From Amoebidium appalachense (taxonomy: Eukaryota > Protista > Ichthyosporea), in assembly GCA_963693365.1 (NCBI GenBank), contig CAVNZM010000003.1, positions 15,421,143 through 15,485,142 of the forward strand: DNA of 64,000 bases. The letters run 5' to 3'. Under the pieces are notes generated by a model. It had not been told where the DNA came from. It searched no databases and saw nothing but the letters and a program-made list of their open reading frames with translations. Within the stretch, counting starts at the first letter, position 1. Each line of letters opens with the position of its first letter. Both the position numbers and the translations under genes were made by a program. This document shows positions 1-49,791 of the stretch, piece after piece.

Positions 1-780
1 TGGGCGGCCAAAATTGGGCAGTAAAAAAAAATAAGCCTTTACCAGGTCGCCGAAGTTCCACCCCGGCGGCCAAAAACGGGCAGTAAAAAAGCCCAAGAGC
101 ACCAGGTCTCCGACGTTCCAGCTGGGCGGCCAAAAACTGGCAGTAAAATCGCAAGAATGAACCAGGCTGCCTACGTTCCAGCCCGGCGGCGAAAAACGGG
201 CAGTATAAAAGCGCCAGAATCCACCAGGTAGCCGATGTTCCAGCTGGGCGGCCAAAAACGGGCAGTTAAAAAGCACACGAATGCACCTGTCCAGGTCGCC
301 GAAGTCCTAGTTGGGCGGCAGAAAACGGGCAGTAGAAAAGCGCAAGAATGCACCAGGCCGCCGACGCTCCTGTTGGGCGGCCAAAAATGGGCAGTAAAAC
401 AGCGCAAGAATGCACCAGGTCGCCGAAGTTCCAGCTGGGCTGCCAAAAACCTCCAGTAAAAAAGCGCAAGAATGCACCTTGTCCAGGTCGCCGATGTTCC
501 AACTAGTATATGCAGCAAAAAACAAGCAGTAAAAAAGCGCAAGAATGCACCAGATCTCCGACGTTCCAGTTGGGCGGCAAGAAACGGGCAGTAAAAAAGC
601 GCAAGAATGCACCAGGCCGCCGACATCCCAGCTGCGTTGACAAAAACGGGCAGTAAAAAAGCGCAAGACTGCACCAGGTCGCCGACGTTGCAGCTGGGAG
701 GCCCAAAACGGGCAGTTAAAAAAGCGCAAGAATGCACCAGGTCGCCGACCTTCCAGCTGGGCGGCCAAAAACGGCGGCCT
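1..780. repeat. Tandem satellite/minisatellite, ~61-bp unit, ~13 diverged copies, truncated at the window start
   Basis: Consensus GCACCAGGTCGCCGACGTTCCAGCTGGGCGGCCAAAAACGGGCAGTAAAAAAGCGCAAGAAT recurs about every 60-62 bp (CCAGG core near 42, 102, 162, 224, 291, 354, 415, 483, 612, 674, 736). There are no unique spacers. Confidence 0.95.
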
Positions 781-998
781 AAGATGGGCCGAATTACAGC
801 TTGCCCTTAGTTCTACAGGACCGCGGGTGTGTGAAAGAGCGAGGGAGAGAAAGGACGAGAGCCAGAGAGAGGGAGGGTGAGAGAGACAGAGAGGGGAGAA
901 GGGCGGGGGGAGAGATAGAGGGAGAGGGAGGGGGGGGGAGGGAGAGAAAGCGGGTGAGGGGAGAGAGAGGGGGGGGGGGGGGGGGGAGAGGGGGGAGG

Positions 999-1097
<99 letters not shown>

Positions 1098-1107
1098 GAG
1101 AGAAGAG

Positions 1108-1174
<67 letters not shown>

Positions 1175-2553
1175 TGGTTTTGGGTAGGGAAACGACGAAG
1201 CAAAATGCACAGAGGTGTTGTGCACAGCTTCTTGCACAATATTCGTTTCTGGTTTATCTCGTTGAATATCCGGCGATCTCAACGACTATCTCGTTGTGTC
1301 TATCTATGGCAAACTCTACTCAGTATCTATTTATAGCCCTGTCTAATGCCCCGATTTCAACAAAATTCATTTTCTTTTTTTTTTTAAAAAAAAAACCTTT
1401 AAAAAAATCCAATGAGGGAGCAACGCTTAACCGGACGTGTTTAAATTTGACATCTGAGCCCTGTAACTTTGGCAACGAATGTCAATAATTGACACCGTTA
1501 ACCCTTTTGTTCGCAACCATGCATCGCCTCATCTCACCTTATTCAATTAAAGGAAGCAAATAGATCTTTTTCAGCTGTGGGCTTAAGCACGGTTTTATTT
1601 GTGGAATTTATTGACATAAATATTTTTTCTGGGTAAACACGTAGGATGGGTGTTCGATACCAACATAACCATGTAGGCTTCATTTCGTGTTTTAGCAATT
1701 CGCGGTTGGCTGCCCGCACACGGGCACCTATTAGCCAATCAAAACATCAGATACCACAGATCACTAGACCGAGTTTTGATTGGCTCGGATCAGATATCAC
1801 ATATCACTAGATCGATTTTGATTGGCTCAGATCGGTAGGCTTAGGTATATAAGCACGACAGTTTTTAGCAGAGCAGCAAGCTACAAACACATCTTCTGTG
1901 TTTAGCATCCACAGCCTTACAGCTATATATTCCTTTTTCACCCACCCACCTACACCCACACTCAACCCCCATTGATCCACACATACGTGCTGTTTTTTCA
2001 CGGGGCGAAGACTTCCCCCGTTTTTTGGGCACATGGACCTCACGGATCAATAAATTGATGACTGGGGGCTTGCCGTGGTTTACAACCATTGCAGGTTCAC
2101 TTTCGTCCAAGGGGATGTCCCCCTAGAGGCAACACACGTCCCGGAGTAGCTTTTCATAGATTCATAAAACACTGAAAATATACTTTCTGATTCTATGAAA
2201 AAATTGAAACCCTTGATTAAGGAAAGTTCCTTGTCTCTGTTGGTGCAAATACATTCTTACAATCGTCTCTAAGAAAAGGTCATCTAAAATACATGCCGGC
2301 AATTCTAAAGTGAGCGTCTATAAATGAAATTATGAAGTGATTAGAATTTAGAGCCATCCACAAATAGATCGTCTCCCATGCAACCATAAAGCTAGTCAGC
2401 CAATCACTCTACTCACATTAAACAGAGACGGCCAAAAGAAATGAACGTGTCAAGTATAATGGTAGGCCAGGGGGCCAGATGTACGCGGATCTACAGATAT
2501 CCAGTGCATACAGATACAAGGGGGGGGGGGGGGGGGGGGGGGGAGGGGAGGGG

Positions 2554-2662
<109 letters not shown>

Positions 2663-3009
2663 ATACCAGGCCGGGAATGGGGTTGGGGTTCGAGGGGGGG
2701 GGGGGGGGGGAGGGGAGGGGGGGGAGGAAAGGGGGGGGGGGGGGGGGGAAGAGAGAAACGAAAGAGAGCAGAACACTACAAAGTACCCAAACCAAAGCAA
2801 AAAGACCACATGTTTCGAATCCAAAGCTTTTGTTGTCAGCGTCGATAGGTAACAACACTGTGTGTGTGTGACGATCTGTTTGTATCTGTGTGTGTGAGCA
2901 TGTGTGTGTGTGTGTGTGTGTGCGTGTGTGCGTGCGCGCATGTGCCTGCCTGTGTGTGTGTGTGTCTGTGTTTGTATGTGTGTGTATTTGTGTGTGTGTA
3001 TGTGTGTGC

Positions 3010-3057
<48 letters not shown>

Positions 3058-3074
3058 CTGCCTGCGTGTGTGAG

Positions 3075-3133
<59 letters not shown>

Positions 3134-3153
3134 CATGTGTGTGTGTGTGTGAG

Positions 3154-3235
<82 letters not shown>

Positions 3236-3264
3236 CGTGTGTGCGTGTGTGTGTGTGTATGTTC

Positions 3265-21278
<18,014 letters not shown>

Positions 21279-22464
21279 CTTCTTTCAAGCCCTTCAGTGG
21301 TTGCACTGCCACGTTCACCAAACACGTGTTAGGTACTAGTTCTCATTGTATTGGATGATATTCGAGATGTGAATATTAGATTTAAGACGTGCAGTTTTTC
21401 AGAAGAAAAATATTTATCCGGATCCTGTTCTTACGCCCGATATAAAGAAATTGCCCTAACACTGTTAGTGCAAAAAAATGGCAGCCACATCGAAGGAGCC
21501 AATATTCGATTTCAGGTTTAAAACATGTGCTACCTGAGGTTGGTTGGTTTACAGTACACGGCCTATATTTTGGGAAACGGTGGGAGCACTGCCCCTCGTG
21601 TGCATGTATGGTGAGTTTGCTTTCAGGGTGCACACTGACATGAAGGAAGTGAATAAACTGAAATCATTCACATAAATAAGTAATGTTTTAAGAGTTTTAA
21701 GTTTCTAAGTTTCAAGAGAGGAATACATAAGAAAAAATAAATCTCGGGCTCTCCTTTTGCCAATAGCCCTGTACAGTTGGAAAAAAAGGGCAAGGTTCAA
21801 CTGTTCCAAACATCGGGGGGGAGGGGGGGGGGGAGGGAGGGGGGTGCTGAACAAGAGGTTTCTACCTTACTTTTTTGTGTGTGTGTGTGTGTTTTTGGTG
21901 GAACACGACTAGTCTTTAGTAGATGACACTGGGAGGAATGTAATGTTTAGACCGTGAACCATTTGTATGTAGCGGCTGTGACGAGGTGTCGGCATCAAGG
22001 CCAACAGTACAACACTTCGACCCAACAAGATACACATCTTGAAAAACGACGTTACAATTATACTGTTTGAAATTCCGACATGTTTTGAAGAAGTCCTACA
22101 AAATTTGAGTAACATGAAGATCACTGAACAGCACCCGGAAAAAAGAAAAAAGAAAAGAAAAAAGAAGAAGAATGAAAAGGAAAGGAAAGCAAGAAAGAAG
22201 AAAGAAAAAGAAAAGGAAAAAAAGAAGAAAAAAGAGAAAGAAAGAAAAAGAACAGGAAAAAAGGGAAGAAGGAAAAAAAGAAATGAAATAAAGAAAAAGG
22301 AAAAGGAAAAAATAAGGAAAGAATGAATAAAAGTGAAAGAAAAGAAGGAAAGAAAGAGAGAAAAGAAAACCGAGGGACCGACATGAACACTCACCACGGA
22401 ACCAGTTAGCCCTTACCCAGGTCATAGCAGGCCCTTTGAAGAATCTGGTGCGGGTGTGAATACA

Positions 22465-22690
22465 ATTATCTGCACAGCTTTAAGCACGTGTCGACAATAT
22501 CTATGTGTGGTTACAATCACGTGCACAGCTCTAAACACGTGTCGTAATATCGATGTGTGGATATAATCACGTGCACAGCTCTAAACACGTGTCGACATAT
22601 CGATGTGTGGTTATAATCACGTGCACAGCTCTCAACACGTGTCCGACATGTCGATGTGTGGCTATATAATCACGTGCTCTCAACACGTAA
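22465..22690. repeat. Minisatellite, ~50-bp unit x ~4.5
   Basis: ATAATCACGTGCACAGCTCTAAACACGTGTCGACATATCGATGTGTGG-like unit repeated in tandem. Confidence 0.9.
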
Positions 22691-22796
22691 CGAACAACAT
22701 ACTAAAGTTGCATGCCATGATGGGGATCCATATGCCATGCCCCCAGTCGTGTAGGCCTATGCAGCTCTGCAGATTTACTTTTTTTTTTTTTTGGGT

Positions 22797-22847
<51 letters not shown>

Positions 22848-23067
22848 TTTTCACAGTTGTTTTTTTCTCTATCAGAGAGTTTCTTCAACACTCCCCTGCA
22901 GCTGACGACATGCATGCACTATGATATATATGTACATGTCAGCCTGACCGTAGCTACAGTGACTAGTACTGTACTCCACGCATGCACACGGCGCGGCAGC
23001 GCACGGCCCGCAGATGAGTCGTTTTGAATGTTGCAAATAAAAGTCATGCGGAAATATAAAACCCCGT

Positions 23068-23098
<31 letters not shown>

Positions 23099-23590
23099 GT
23101 TGTGCGCGAACGGAAAAACCTCAACCCGTCAGTGTTGGCTGTACAGCTATTTACACGCAGGCTTCAGATAATTTTCACGCGAGAGAGCAAAACCGGAACA
23201 CTTCTTGAAATAATAAGTTGCCCTTCAAAACTTGCTATATTCATAGCTGCAGGCATACAGACAGTTATCATCGCCGTATAAGTACCCGCTAACAAAAATA
23301 TCAGTGGAATGTGTTTATACATGCCGTTTCCTGATAACCATTATACCTGACCAATCGCAGGGTCTGATAAATATTTATCTTTTAACCCACGTATTTAATT
23401 CTTCCAGCCCATTTGTCCCAAATACTGTATGCATTATTCTCTTAGTTTCCTTAGCACCTTCGTGTAATTTTTCTAATACCAAGTGGCACCTAACAGAGTG
23501 CAGACGGTGTCGCGACGGAACACAGCGAGGAACACACACAGAATTTTGCAAACGGAGCTGTCAGTGCTATATCACACGAACCTTGACATG

Positions 23591-23650
23591 ATAATTACGT
23601 TAAGTGTACATAATTACGTTAAGTGTACATAATTACGTTAAGTGTACATA
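23591..23650. repeat. 19-bp tandem repeat x3
   Basis: ATAATTACGTTAAGTGTAC occurs three times exactly. Confidence 0.95.
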
Positions 23651-24550
23651 CCAGAGGATAAAAGTAAACAATAATTACACAGTGCGCAGCTCTCTCGCAC
23701 AGCTAGACAAACTAAGCGATCTAGAAAATCACTAACAGAGAAAATAAACTAAAAATTTATACACTAACCGATACACAATAAACACTACTACGCCAAAGGG
23801 GAGAATATCTAATTGGGGTTTACGCTGTTTACTCGACGCAAAGAGAGACCAGTCTCAGGTATGGCCCAGTTTTTGCTCGGAATATCCCCTCAGCGGTAGA
23901 TCAAGATCTCACACAGACCAATCAGATTTCAGATTCGCTCTCTGCCAAATACCAAACCGTTAAAGCAACATTCCACACTGCATGGTGTCATGCGGACACA
24001 CATGCCATGATGCCACGAATCCCCACGATGTGGCACAGCCAGACCGAAGGAACGAGAACAAAGCACGCCCGGCCGCCTGATGCGAACACGATAAAGCAAT
24101 ATTCCGGCCTTCCGGACAGGATTTTTTTTTCATTTATCTATATCCAACAGTTTTTAATTTTTTTACTGAGGCCTAGCTAGGTCACGGGTTGGCCACTTAC
24201 GCACGGCGCGGGCGGCGCGCCAGTCATGATCAGGCAGTCCAAGCCCGGGATCGAAGAAGACGGAAGCGCCGCAGTGTGTGCCTGCTGCGCAGGCGTCAAA
24301 GAAAGTTATCACACGGTGTGTTTGGTCTAGCTGGACTTGGTCTAAACTTATATTATGGGGTTTCAATCTCTCCTCCCCCCCCCCCCCCCCACCCACCCAC
24401 CTTTCCCCTATCCGGATCCCCCCCTCGCCCCCCCCCCCCCCCCCCCCCCCCCGGCCTACACACACACCCAAGCAGCAGGTACACGGATTCTGAGATCTCT
24501 GAGACAGGCTCTCTCTCTCATCTCTCTCTCTCGTCTCTCTCTCTCTCTCG

Positions 24551-24705
<155 letters not shown>

Positions 24706-24765
24706 CCGAGAGTCTCTCTGTCTCTCTCTGTGTCTCTCTCTCTCTCTCTATCTCTCTCTCGATCT

Positions 24766-24812
<47 letters not shown>

Positions 24813-24889
24813 CCCCCCCCCCTCCCCCCTCTCTCTCCCTCTCTCTCTCCCCCCCCCCCCCTCTCTCCTCTCTCTCTCTCCCTCTCTCC

Positions 24890-24948
<59 letters not shown>

Positions 24949-25316
24949 CCCCCCCCCCCCCCCTCTCCCCCCCCCCCCCCCCCCCCTCACCCTCTCTCTG
25001 TCTCTCCGAGTCTCTCTCTATAGCCTCTTGGTCTGTCTCACTCTCTCTCTCGATCCGAGCAAGGCTCTCGCTCTCTCCGAGACTCCCCCTCCCCCTCTCC
25101 CCCCTCTCAGGTTCTCACCCGTACCACGCGTCCCCTCTCTGCCCTCCCTCCCCTCCCCCCTCCCTCGTTCAACCAGTGGCACTTCGCCCCCCAGGCACCC
25201 TCCACCTTCTCTTTTTTCACTTTTGAATAATAATTGCTTGGGCTTTCTTTTCTGCGGGTTCTTCCGAATGTCTGCATATCCGGGCATGCTTCCTACTTTC
25301 TCATCATGATCCATAT

Positions 25317-25361
<45 letters not shown>

Positions 25362-25499
25362 ACACACACACACCCCTCCCCCATCCTCCCCCCAACAGCT
25401 TGCAGCCAAACATACAGCCTGAGTCACCACTGTAACGCTTCGCGGACACAAGCACATGAGCCCCGGGGATTGGGTTTATGGATACTGCACACACTAAAA

Positions 25500-25730
25500 G
25501 TCACGGTGCTCAGTACATTTCACATTTCCATTTTCAGTTTCATTTTCATGTATCCTTTTTTTTAGCTTTACTCGGAATTTATGGGAATAATTCGAACTCA
25601 AGTGTTCAACGAGATCTTCTGTTTCATGGCATAAGCTTCCCCCTTAAATTTACCTGCAGTGCGTTGTGTTGTGTCTGGAGTTATTTGGGGTAGCTTGGGT
25701 AGTGGTTCAGGCACTTCCTAAAGAAATTTA

Positions 25731-25766
<36 letters not shown>

Positions 25767-25860
25767 AGAGAAAATAGATTAATGGAAAACGGAAATGGAG
25801 AAGGAAAGAAAGACGTGAAATAACAACCCCATTCCCCCAGACTGTCCCTTTCCCTTCAAC
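25500..25860 (+). pseudogene. Relic of CRYZL1 exon 3 and flanking intron sequence
   Basis: 25660-25718 has an exact TGTGTCTGGAGTTAT plus GGGGTAG and TGGTT.AGGCAC.T, matching CRYZL1 exon 3 (37813-37897), behind a CAG acceptor. Flanks resemble 37700-37780 (CTTTACTCG) and 38060-38120. Confidence 0.75.
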
Positions 25861-27348
25861 AAAATACCCTAAGAGAAATGTGCTGTGTGAAACTCGTGTG
25901 CATGGCTTTTCTCTTGCCAGCACTTATGTTAACTTATCTTTATAGCTCACATTATCCAGGACATTAGTGTACTGAATAAAAAAACAGCCTAAATAATAAA
26001 TCTACTAAGTTACAATTGATAATATGATTTAACCCACTTCCGTTACGAACGATAGGGGTTTCTCAAGCGTTTCGGGTACTAATTATACCTAAGTCGTCAT
26101 CTGCTCCGTGCCCACGAGCAGTTCTTATAGCTGATTGTATGCATGTTAGTATCTCGTTTGTTCATCACACCAAGTATTTCAACACACCCCCTCATGATCC
26201 CCAATACCCTTCCCCTTCGAATTCGATACATGTAAAGGGTCCCTGGCATGCAAATGATGGAATGACAATAGATGGCAGCTTGCATTTACAGGGCTGTGTT
26301 TGATGCATCGTTTCAGGTAAACTCATCCTAATAGGCTGTATCATAGTCGTAGAACCTTTGTGAATATATATATATATGAAACTAAAGGGGTGTGAATTGC
26401 TCCCCAAACCGTTTTACAACTGTAAGCGTGTGGCAAAATTCTAATAGGCGAGTTTTGTGTGGCATAGAAGGCTGATATCTTTGTGCGAAAGCTTTCAGTG
26501 AAATACAAAGCTCAAGCGACTGATATATCTAAGTTACGTAAACCAAACAACAGCAGTGCTATACGGAGCAGAACTAACACACGAGAGAGCTAACAAAGTT
26601 AATGATCGATACAGAATTGACTTTTATTTGCGCCTTCGATTCCCTCTACTCGATCAAATACACATCTGATACCGACACAACTTGCGGCAAACTTACGAAC
26701 TGCTTGTCTTCCGGAGTATTGCACATACTGTTCGTGTTTACATTGGTCTCTAAGATAAAGGGACACATTCGAATACAGGCATTTCTAATATTCGTCTAAT
26801 GGTTAACACTCCCAGAGCGAAGACGCAAAAGAGAAAGCAACTAAATTCAGCACATCCAATCAGATTACGTCTATGGTTAGAATGGAATCTTGCAGCAGAC
26901 CCCAAAGCGTATTCATATAATGTGTGTACACAACTATATTAATGATAGGCGTTACCAATTTAACCGTAGAAAGAAACCACAAAGCTAATCAACCTATCAC
27001 AATGAAGAGGGTAAAAACACAACACAACAGATAATTATACCCTAATCAGCTAGGTGTCCAGGTGTACGTGGATCTTCATGTACCCGTGCACACAGACACA
27101 GGGGGGACAGAGGGAGGGAGAGAGATAAAGGAGACGTGGGAGGTGGGGGGAAGGGGGGGGGGGGGAGGGGGGGAGGGGGGCGACGAGATAGAGAAAAGGG
27201 AAAGCACAAAGAGAGAAAACGAGAAACAGTGTGTGTGCCGGTGTGCGTGGCACGCCTTGCGTGCATATGTGTCCGGAGTCACGGTGTGTGTGTCCGGTGT
27301 GCTTGTATTTGTGTGTGTGTGTGTTTGTGTGTGTTTGTGTGTGTGTGT

Positions 27349-27389
<41 letters not shown>

Positions 27390-27406
27390 GCGGTGTCTGT
27401 GTGTGC

Positions 27407-27507
<101 letters not shown>

Positions 27508-27550
27508 CGCCCCCGCGCGAGCGTGTATGTCCGCGCGCCTGTGTATGTTC

Positions 27551-33756
<6,206 letters not shown>

Positions 33757-34251
33757 ATCCTTCATTCCACTGCCAAACTGTTCAGAAAAAGTGTATGTTA
33801 GGTACGCTGGATTATTCAAATTGTTTGTGATGCCCTTTGTCATTCAGTAGTGCTATCGTTCTGAAGAAAACCGTATGTTGCTGCTAACACACTGCCAGTT
33901 CAATACTATGAACTAGTGTAACGGTTACCCGTGTAATGCAAAAATAGCGGTCCGAATTGAGAAGATATTTCATATACTTGGGTGTTCTCATTTGCGACTT
34001 GGTCCTTGCTTTTGCCTGCAAAACGTTATAATTGAAATGGATAAATACTTTAGATAAATGAATTTAAAATTTTAGAATTCAAAAAAAAATAAAAATACGA
34101 GATCTAAATATAGTGGTGGCCCACCACACAGGGTGTTGGACAATTGCAACAGGTTTCTAGCACGTTGAATTGATCGTACCCTTTCTATCGCACACGTCCA
34201 AAATGCATTTGAATTCTTCCACAATCCAGTGTCGACGTCTGTGTGTGTGAC

Positions 34252-34330
<79 letters not shown>

Positions 34331-34599
34331 AGTTAGTGTACGGAGTGTTGTTAAACCTCCACCACCACGTCTGTGCGTGACTCTCCCCGTGCCCCTCCCC
34401 CCCCCCCCCCCCCCCCAAAAAAAAATGATAATAATAATAATAATTATAATAGTAATAATAAGTTAAAAAAATTAAAAATAAAAAGAGAAATAAAGAAGGA
34501 TAGAAGAACATCAACGCACACACGGACGCGCGCACGCGCACACACGCACACACACCAAGGCCTCCTATGTTCAATTACAGGAGGCCTTGACACACACAC

Positions 34600-34698
<99 letters not shown>

Positions 34699-34935
34699 CA
34701 CACACACGCACACACACACACACACGCACGCACGCACGCCGCGCACACACGCACAGGCGCACGCACACGTACCACACACACACACATAAACACGCACACG
34801 TCCACAGACACACACACAGAAACGCGCGCGCGCGCAAGCACACCGCACACATGCACGCCGCACACACGCACGCACACACACACACACTCACATTTACACA
34901 AACACACGCACACGCACGCACACACACACACACAC

Positions 34936-34966
<31 letters not shown>

Positions 34967-35000
34967 GCACACACACACGTGCACACACGCACACACGCAC

Positions 35001-35071
<71 letters not shown>

Positions 35072-35619
35072 CAGAACAGCACCTGCCATTGACGAAAAAC
35101 AATATCCAGCAAAGTCACCCTCTTGCGGGACTTTCATGAACACTCACCACTGTAGAGCCTGCGGCTTCCAGCCTACCAATATTTTTGAAATATGATAGCA
35201 GACAGCATAAGGGTATTACACGTGCAATCACGTGCTCATACGAAATACGTGAAGAGGTACAGTGCCTATGGCTGCAAATACTATTACCTTTGATCATGAG
35301 GCCAAAATAGAAAATCCACCGGATGAATTCGAGTGAAGGTGTGCGGCCTGGCTACCACAAAACAATTTCAGTGACACTGGACGGTCATTAGACAAACATG
35401 TGCACGCATGACATCCGATATCGATCAATCGCAGGCGCACTTTTTTATCCTATTTTATTCGTTACGTGGCTTAAATTTTTGAAAAGTGTGTGCGCGCGCG
35501 TGTGTGTGTGTGTGTGTGTGTTCGTGTTTGTGTGTGTGTGTTTATGTGTGTGTGTGTGTGCATCCGTGTGTGTTTAATTATGTCAGTCGGGCTACGCTCA
35601 GTACTTTTTCTTTTTTTTC

Positions 35620-35925
35620 CTGGGGGGCCCGCGCAGGCCCGACCATAAGTCCATTCGGAGCCTCCAAATTACCATCGAAATTTGGAAAGTACCATCGGAT
35701 TCCGGACCTAGGGTACGGTCCCAAAAATCGGATGGTACCGGATGGTCCCGGGGGGATATATGGATACTACCATATCATATGTAAAAAATGCATATCCCAA
35801 AATTTCGATGGTACGGAAAGTACCATCCGATTTTGCCAAAATTAGATCCGGGTTTTGAAAGTACCATCCGAAAAATCTGAATTTTCGGGCCTGGGCCCGC
35901 GCCGCGCGGCCGGGGGGGGTGATAC
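35620..35925. mobile_element. Probable non-autonomous DNA-transposon relic with subterminal motifs
   Basis: About seven TACCATC(C/G) motifs in both orientations (~35670, 35689, 35729, 35739, 35806, 35820, 35861) lie between GC-rich, partly inverted ends (AGGCCCGA / TCGGGCCT). No TSD found. Confidence 0.45.
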
Positions 35926-36531
35926 ATTCTAAACCAATCAAACGGACGAGGCTCACAAAAACCATTGGCTAGTGAAGCATCAATAGTGGCTCCCAACACC
36001 GCAATTATGGGGCTCAAATCTGAAGGAAATTGTATTTCCAGGAAGTTTTAAACTTTTCCATTCTTCGTCCTTCTCTTTAAGTAGCAACCCATAAAGCCAG
36101 TTCTGTGGCTGCATAAAAGGGAAAACAAAACATTAAAGAGGTTTTTAATTGAGTGTTTACAGTTTACTGGCTCTTGATATGTAAAGGGCCACCCTTCGTT
36201 CTCCTTTGACAACCGTCAATGAATTTGTGAAATTTTGGAAATGAATAGAAAAGAAAAAGTTTCAGAGGAATGGAGGTTTGGAGGTTTTCCACAGGCCCCC
36301 GAATGCCGTCATCAAGAAAAGTTGTCTTTTTCTTTTTTTTTTTCCACCCCCGCCCTCCCTCTAAGGACTTTGAAAGTTTCGTTTTCCCTCATCGGCCCAA
36401 GGCTAGAGAAATACAACCGTTCAGTGAATCTACAGTCGCGAGCACCACCCATCACATCACTTCGCTCTTCTCCCCTAGCGCCAAGTGTCATTCCATTCGC
36501 CCCTAGCGCATGTTGCAGGCATGTTCTAAGG

Positions 36532-47053
<10,522 letters not shown>

Positions 47054-47811
47054 CCAATCGAATGTGTGTATGACTCTTGGGAGACGGTGCGAACGTGTTT
47101 TGATTGGTTAATGACACGGCTTGGAATGTCAACCCAGTGCGGAGATATGGCAAATAATTCATCTCTGCTGCTGTGTGTTGTTGTTGTATGGATGTTGAAT
47201 ATAATTCCGTATGCCCAGCATTATAGTTAGTTACATGTTTTCGAATGCATTTTGCAACAACTTACGCAGGCGGCAAACACAGCTCACTCAGAGCTTCCGA
47301 AGCTATGAAGATATTGGTACATTACAGATATTTCCCGTACACGTAGTTTTGATACTTTGCGCATAGAGTTCACACAGCTTGAAAAGTGACAGGGAATGAT
47401 AGTTTTGCCAAGTAAACGCACCCCCGGGGGGGGGGGGGGGGGGGGAGGGGGAGGGATAGGCTTTTTTTGTGTGTGTGTGTGAGGGGGGGGGGGGGGGGGG
47501 GGGGGGGAGGGAGGGGGGGGGGGGGGGGGGGGGGAGGGGATGTTTGTATAGCAAGGCCAATATTTGCATGTACGTAAAACATAGTTGTATCGTGTTGCTA
47601 GGGTTGTGTATGAATAAACTCCTAAGGGGTTTATAATTTAATTAACAGGTGGGTGCCACAAAGAAAATGTGCTAGTAGTTTTCGGTTTTGGATGCAAAAC
47701 GTTTGAGTTCACCAATACATAAGTCGGCTCCTTGTTTGCCATATTGCCATATGCCATATCCCCCCCCCTTCCCCCCCCCCCGCGGGCGCCCCAACCCCCC
47801 AGCCTTTTACA

Positions 47812-47896
<85 letters not shown>

Positions 47897-48846
47897 GCAC
47901 ACATGTACGAAGCCACGCACTCACTCAAAAGACCCCGCCGGGCATTGGCACCTCCCACACCCATGACTTTTCTTCAAAGATGACGACATCAAATACCAAA
48001 TGAACAAACAGTAAACATATGGTAAACCACATCCATTTATGAAAATTTAATTCAATGATACGAATAACTGAATAATGGCTACTCAGGCGAATTCTATTGT
48101 GTACTGATTCTGTCCATCGACAAAAAATGGGAGAGATGGAAAAAGTGCAAGGCCAACAGGGCATTAGCTCTGGGGGGGGGAAAGAGAAAACAAAAAAGCC
48201 TCCGAGAGAGAGAACCTTGGAGAGAACTTAGGAGTGTACGATTGTGCGTGTGGGTGTGTTGCGGTGTACAATATTCATGTCATGTGCTTCGTTGTGTGTT
48301 TGTGTGTGTGCGCATGTGTGTGCCTGACATGTACGTGTACACCTGTGTGTGTGTGCGTGTGTGAGCCTTCCGAGTCACTACCGGGCATGCGTCTGTGAGT
48401 AAAATGGCACACACACACATTGCCGCGTTCACATGTGCTGGCGCCTGACCACGTGTACACGCACAGGTAAGATCAAGGGTGGTGATGGCTCTGCAAAATA
48501 TTCGATACCCTACATGGGGGGGGGGGGGGGGGGGGGGGGTGACATATCAGCACCGCAATATTTCATTATGAGGGAGCCTCGGATGTATTGCACACGTAGT
48601 ACGGTCACTGCCAGGGGCTTTCAAATAAATTTCGTGGTATTATGTATAAATTCTTTATTATGTGGATAAACCTGGCGGCAGGACTAATATGAGATGAACC
48701 TAGTACTGTAACCATGGAAACACCCTCATCACAGTGTACCGGAACAATCCAGACATGTCTTTTTCCTTTTTTTTTTTGTGTGTGTTTGTCGCTCCTATGC
48801 TGCAGTTGCTGGTTGCACACGAATGTGTTAGTCTGGGAGGCTCCCG

Positions 48847-49020
48847 GAGATCTAGAAGGGTGGGTGGGTGGGTGGGTGGGGGGGAGGGGGGGGGGGGGGG
48901 GGGGAGGGGCGGAGATCTAGAAGGGTGGGTGGGGGGGGGGGGGGGGGGGGAGGGGGGGGGGGGGGAGGGGGGGGGGGGGGGGGGGGGGGGAGATCTAGAA
49001 GGGTGGGTGGATGGGTGGGT
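48847..49020. repeat. GGAGATCTAGAAGGGTGGGTGG x3, separated by poly-G
   Basis: Three exact copies at ~48846, ~48911 and ~48989. Confidence 0.85.
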
Positions 49021-49698
49021 GGGGAGGGGGGGGGGGGGGGGGGGGGGGAGGCACGTATGTGTGCGTGCAAACCAGCGATTATCATGAGCGGCCGCGGGGT
49101 ACCGCGGCCGCCAAAAATCGGGGGACTTATGGCCAGGTTTAGGTTTCAGCACTAGCAGACCGGAATCAATGAATGATAACCATCGTTTTTGGGTTGAGTG
49201 TTATTGCCGAAGTCTGCTAACATCAATTACTATTCATTTATTTACTATTGATAGCAACTAATTTGGTGTACTCAGCGACATATTACTCAGTACTAATTCA
49301 TTAAATTATTCCTATTGATAGCAACCATTGTAGTTAATAGCACTACTAACCTCCTGGGAGCACATTAGATCAAAGCGGGCAACCCACCTAGTCGATTATC
49401 TCTTTATACATTAGTTTATATGGAATGCCACATAGAGTAAGAAAACCTTTCGATGATCATGACTAACATCTCCCGACATGTATGTACCTGATATGATAAG
49501 GCTGAGGGCTCGGAGATACCAAGCAAATTTAATAACCCTCCATATCTGCCCTTGGTCTGTCTTGTGCCTCGAGTAGACAGCGTAAACCCCGATCAGATAT
49601 CTGTCCCAAATTTCCCCCGGGTACTCTCCTTCAGATATCTCGTGTATTCAGTGACAGGGTTGCAAGACGCATTTGGAGTGTATGTACTTGTTTGTGGT

Positions 49699-49731
<33 letters not shown>

Positions 49732-49760
49732 GGGGGCAACACGTTGGGTGTGTGTGTGTG

Positions 49761-49791
<31 letters not shown>

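Noticed and set aside
1-780. CRISPR array or repeat-protein gene (ORFs 171-737, 307-1239)
   Set aside because: The units are contiguous with no unique spacers, no cas genes are present, and unit lengths are not a consistent multiple of three.
2412-2491. Additional terminal MATE exon after ...AEKK
   Set aside because: It would need a weak GTTCTG donor. Exon 16 already reads to TAA in both paralogs, and the similarity to 27050-27100 is explained by the duplication.
21909-22425. Phe-rich or Lys-rich ORFs
   Set aside because: A low-complexity A/G purine tract explains both.
24236-24330. Small exon-like ORF MIRQSKPGIEEDG...
   Set aside because: No recognisable family and no downstream exons could be linked.
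47054-47110. SECIS element after the TGA
   Set aside because: ATGA and TGAT are present, but there is no proper helix II or apical AA geometry, and it lies too close to the stop.
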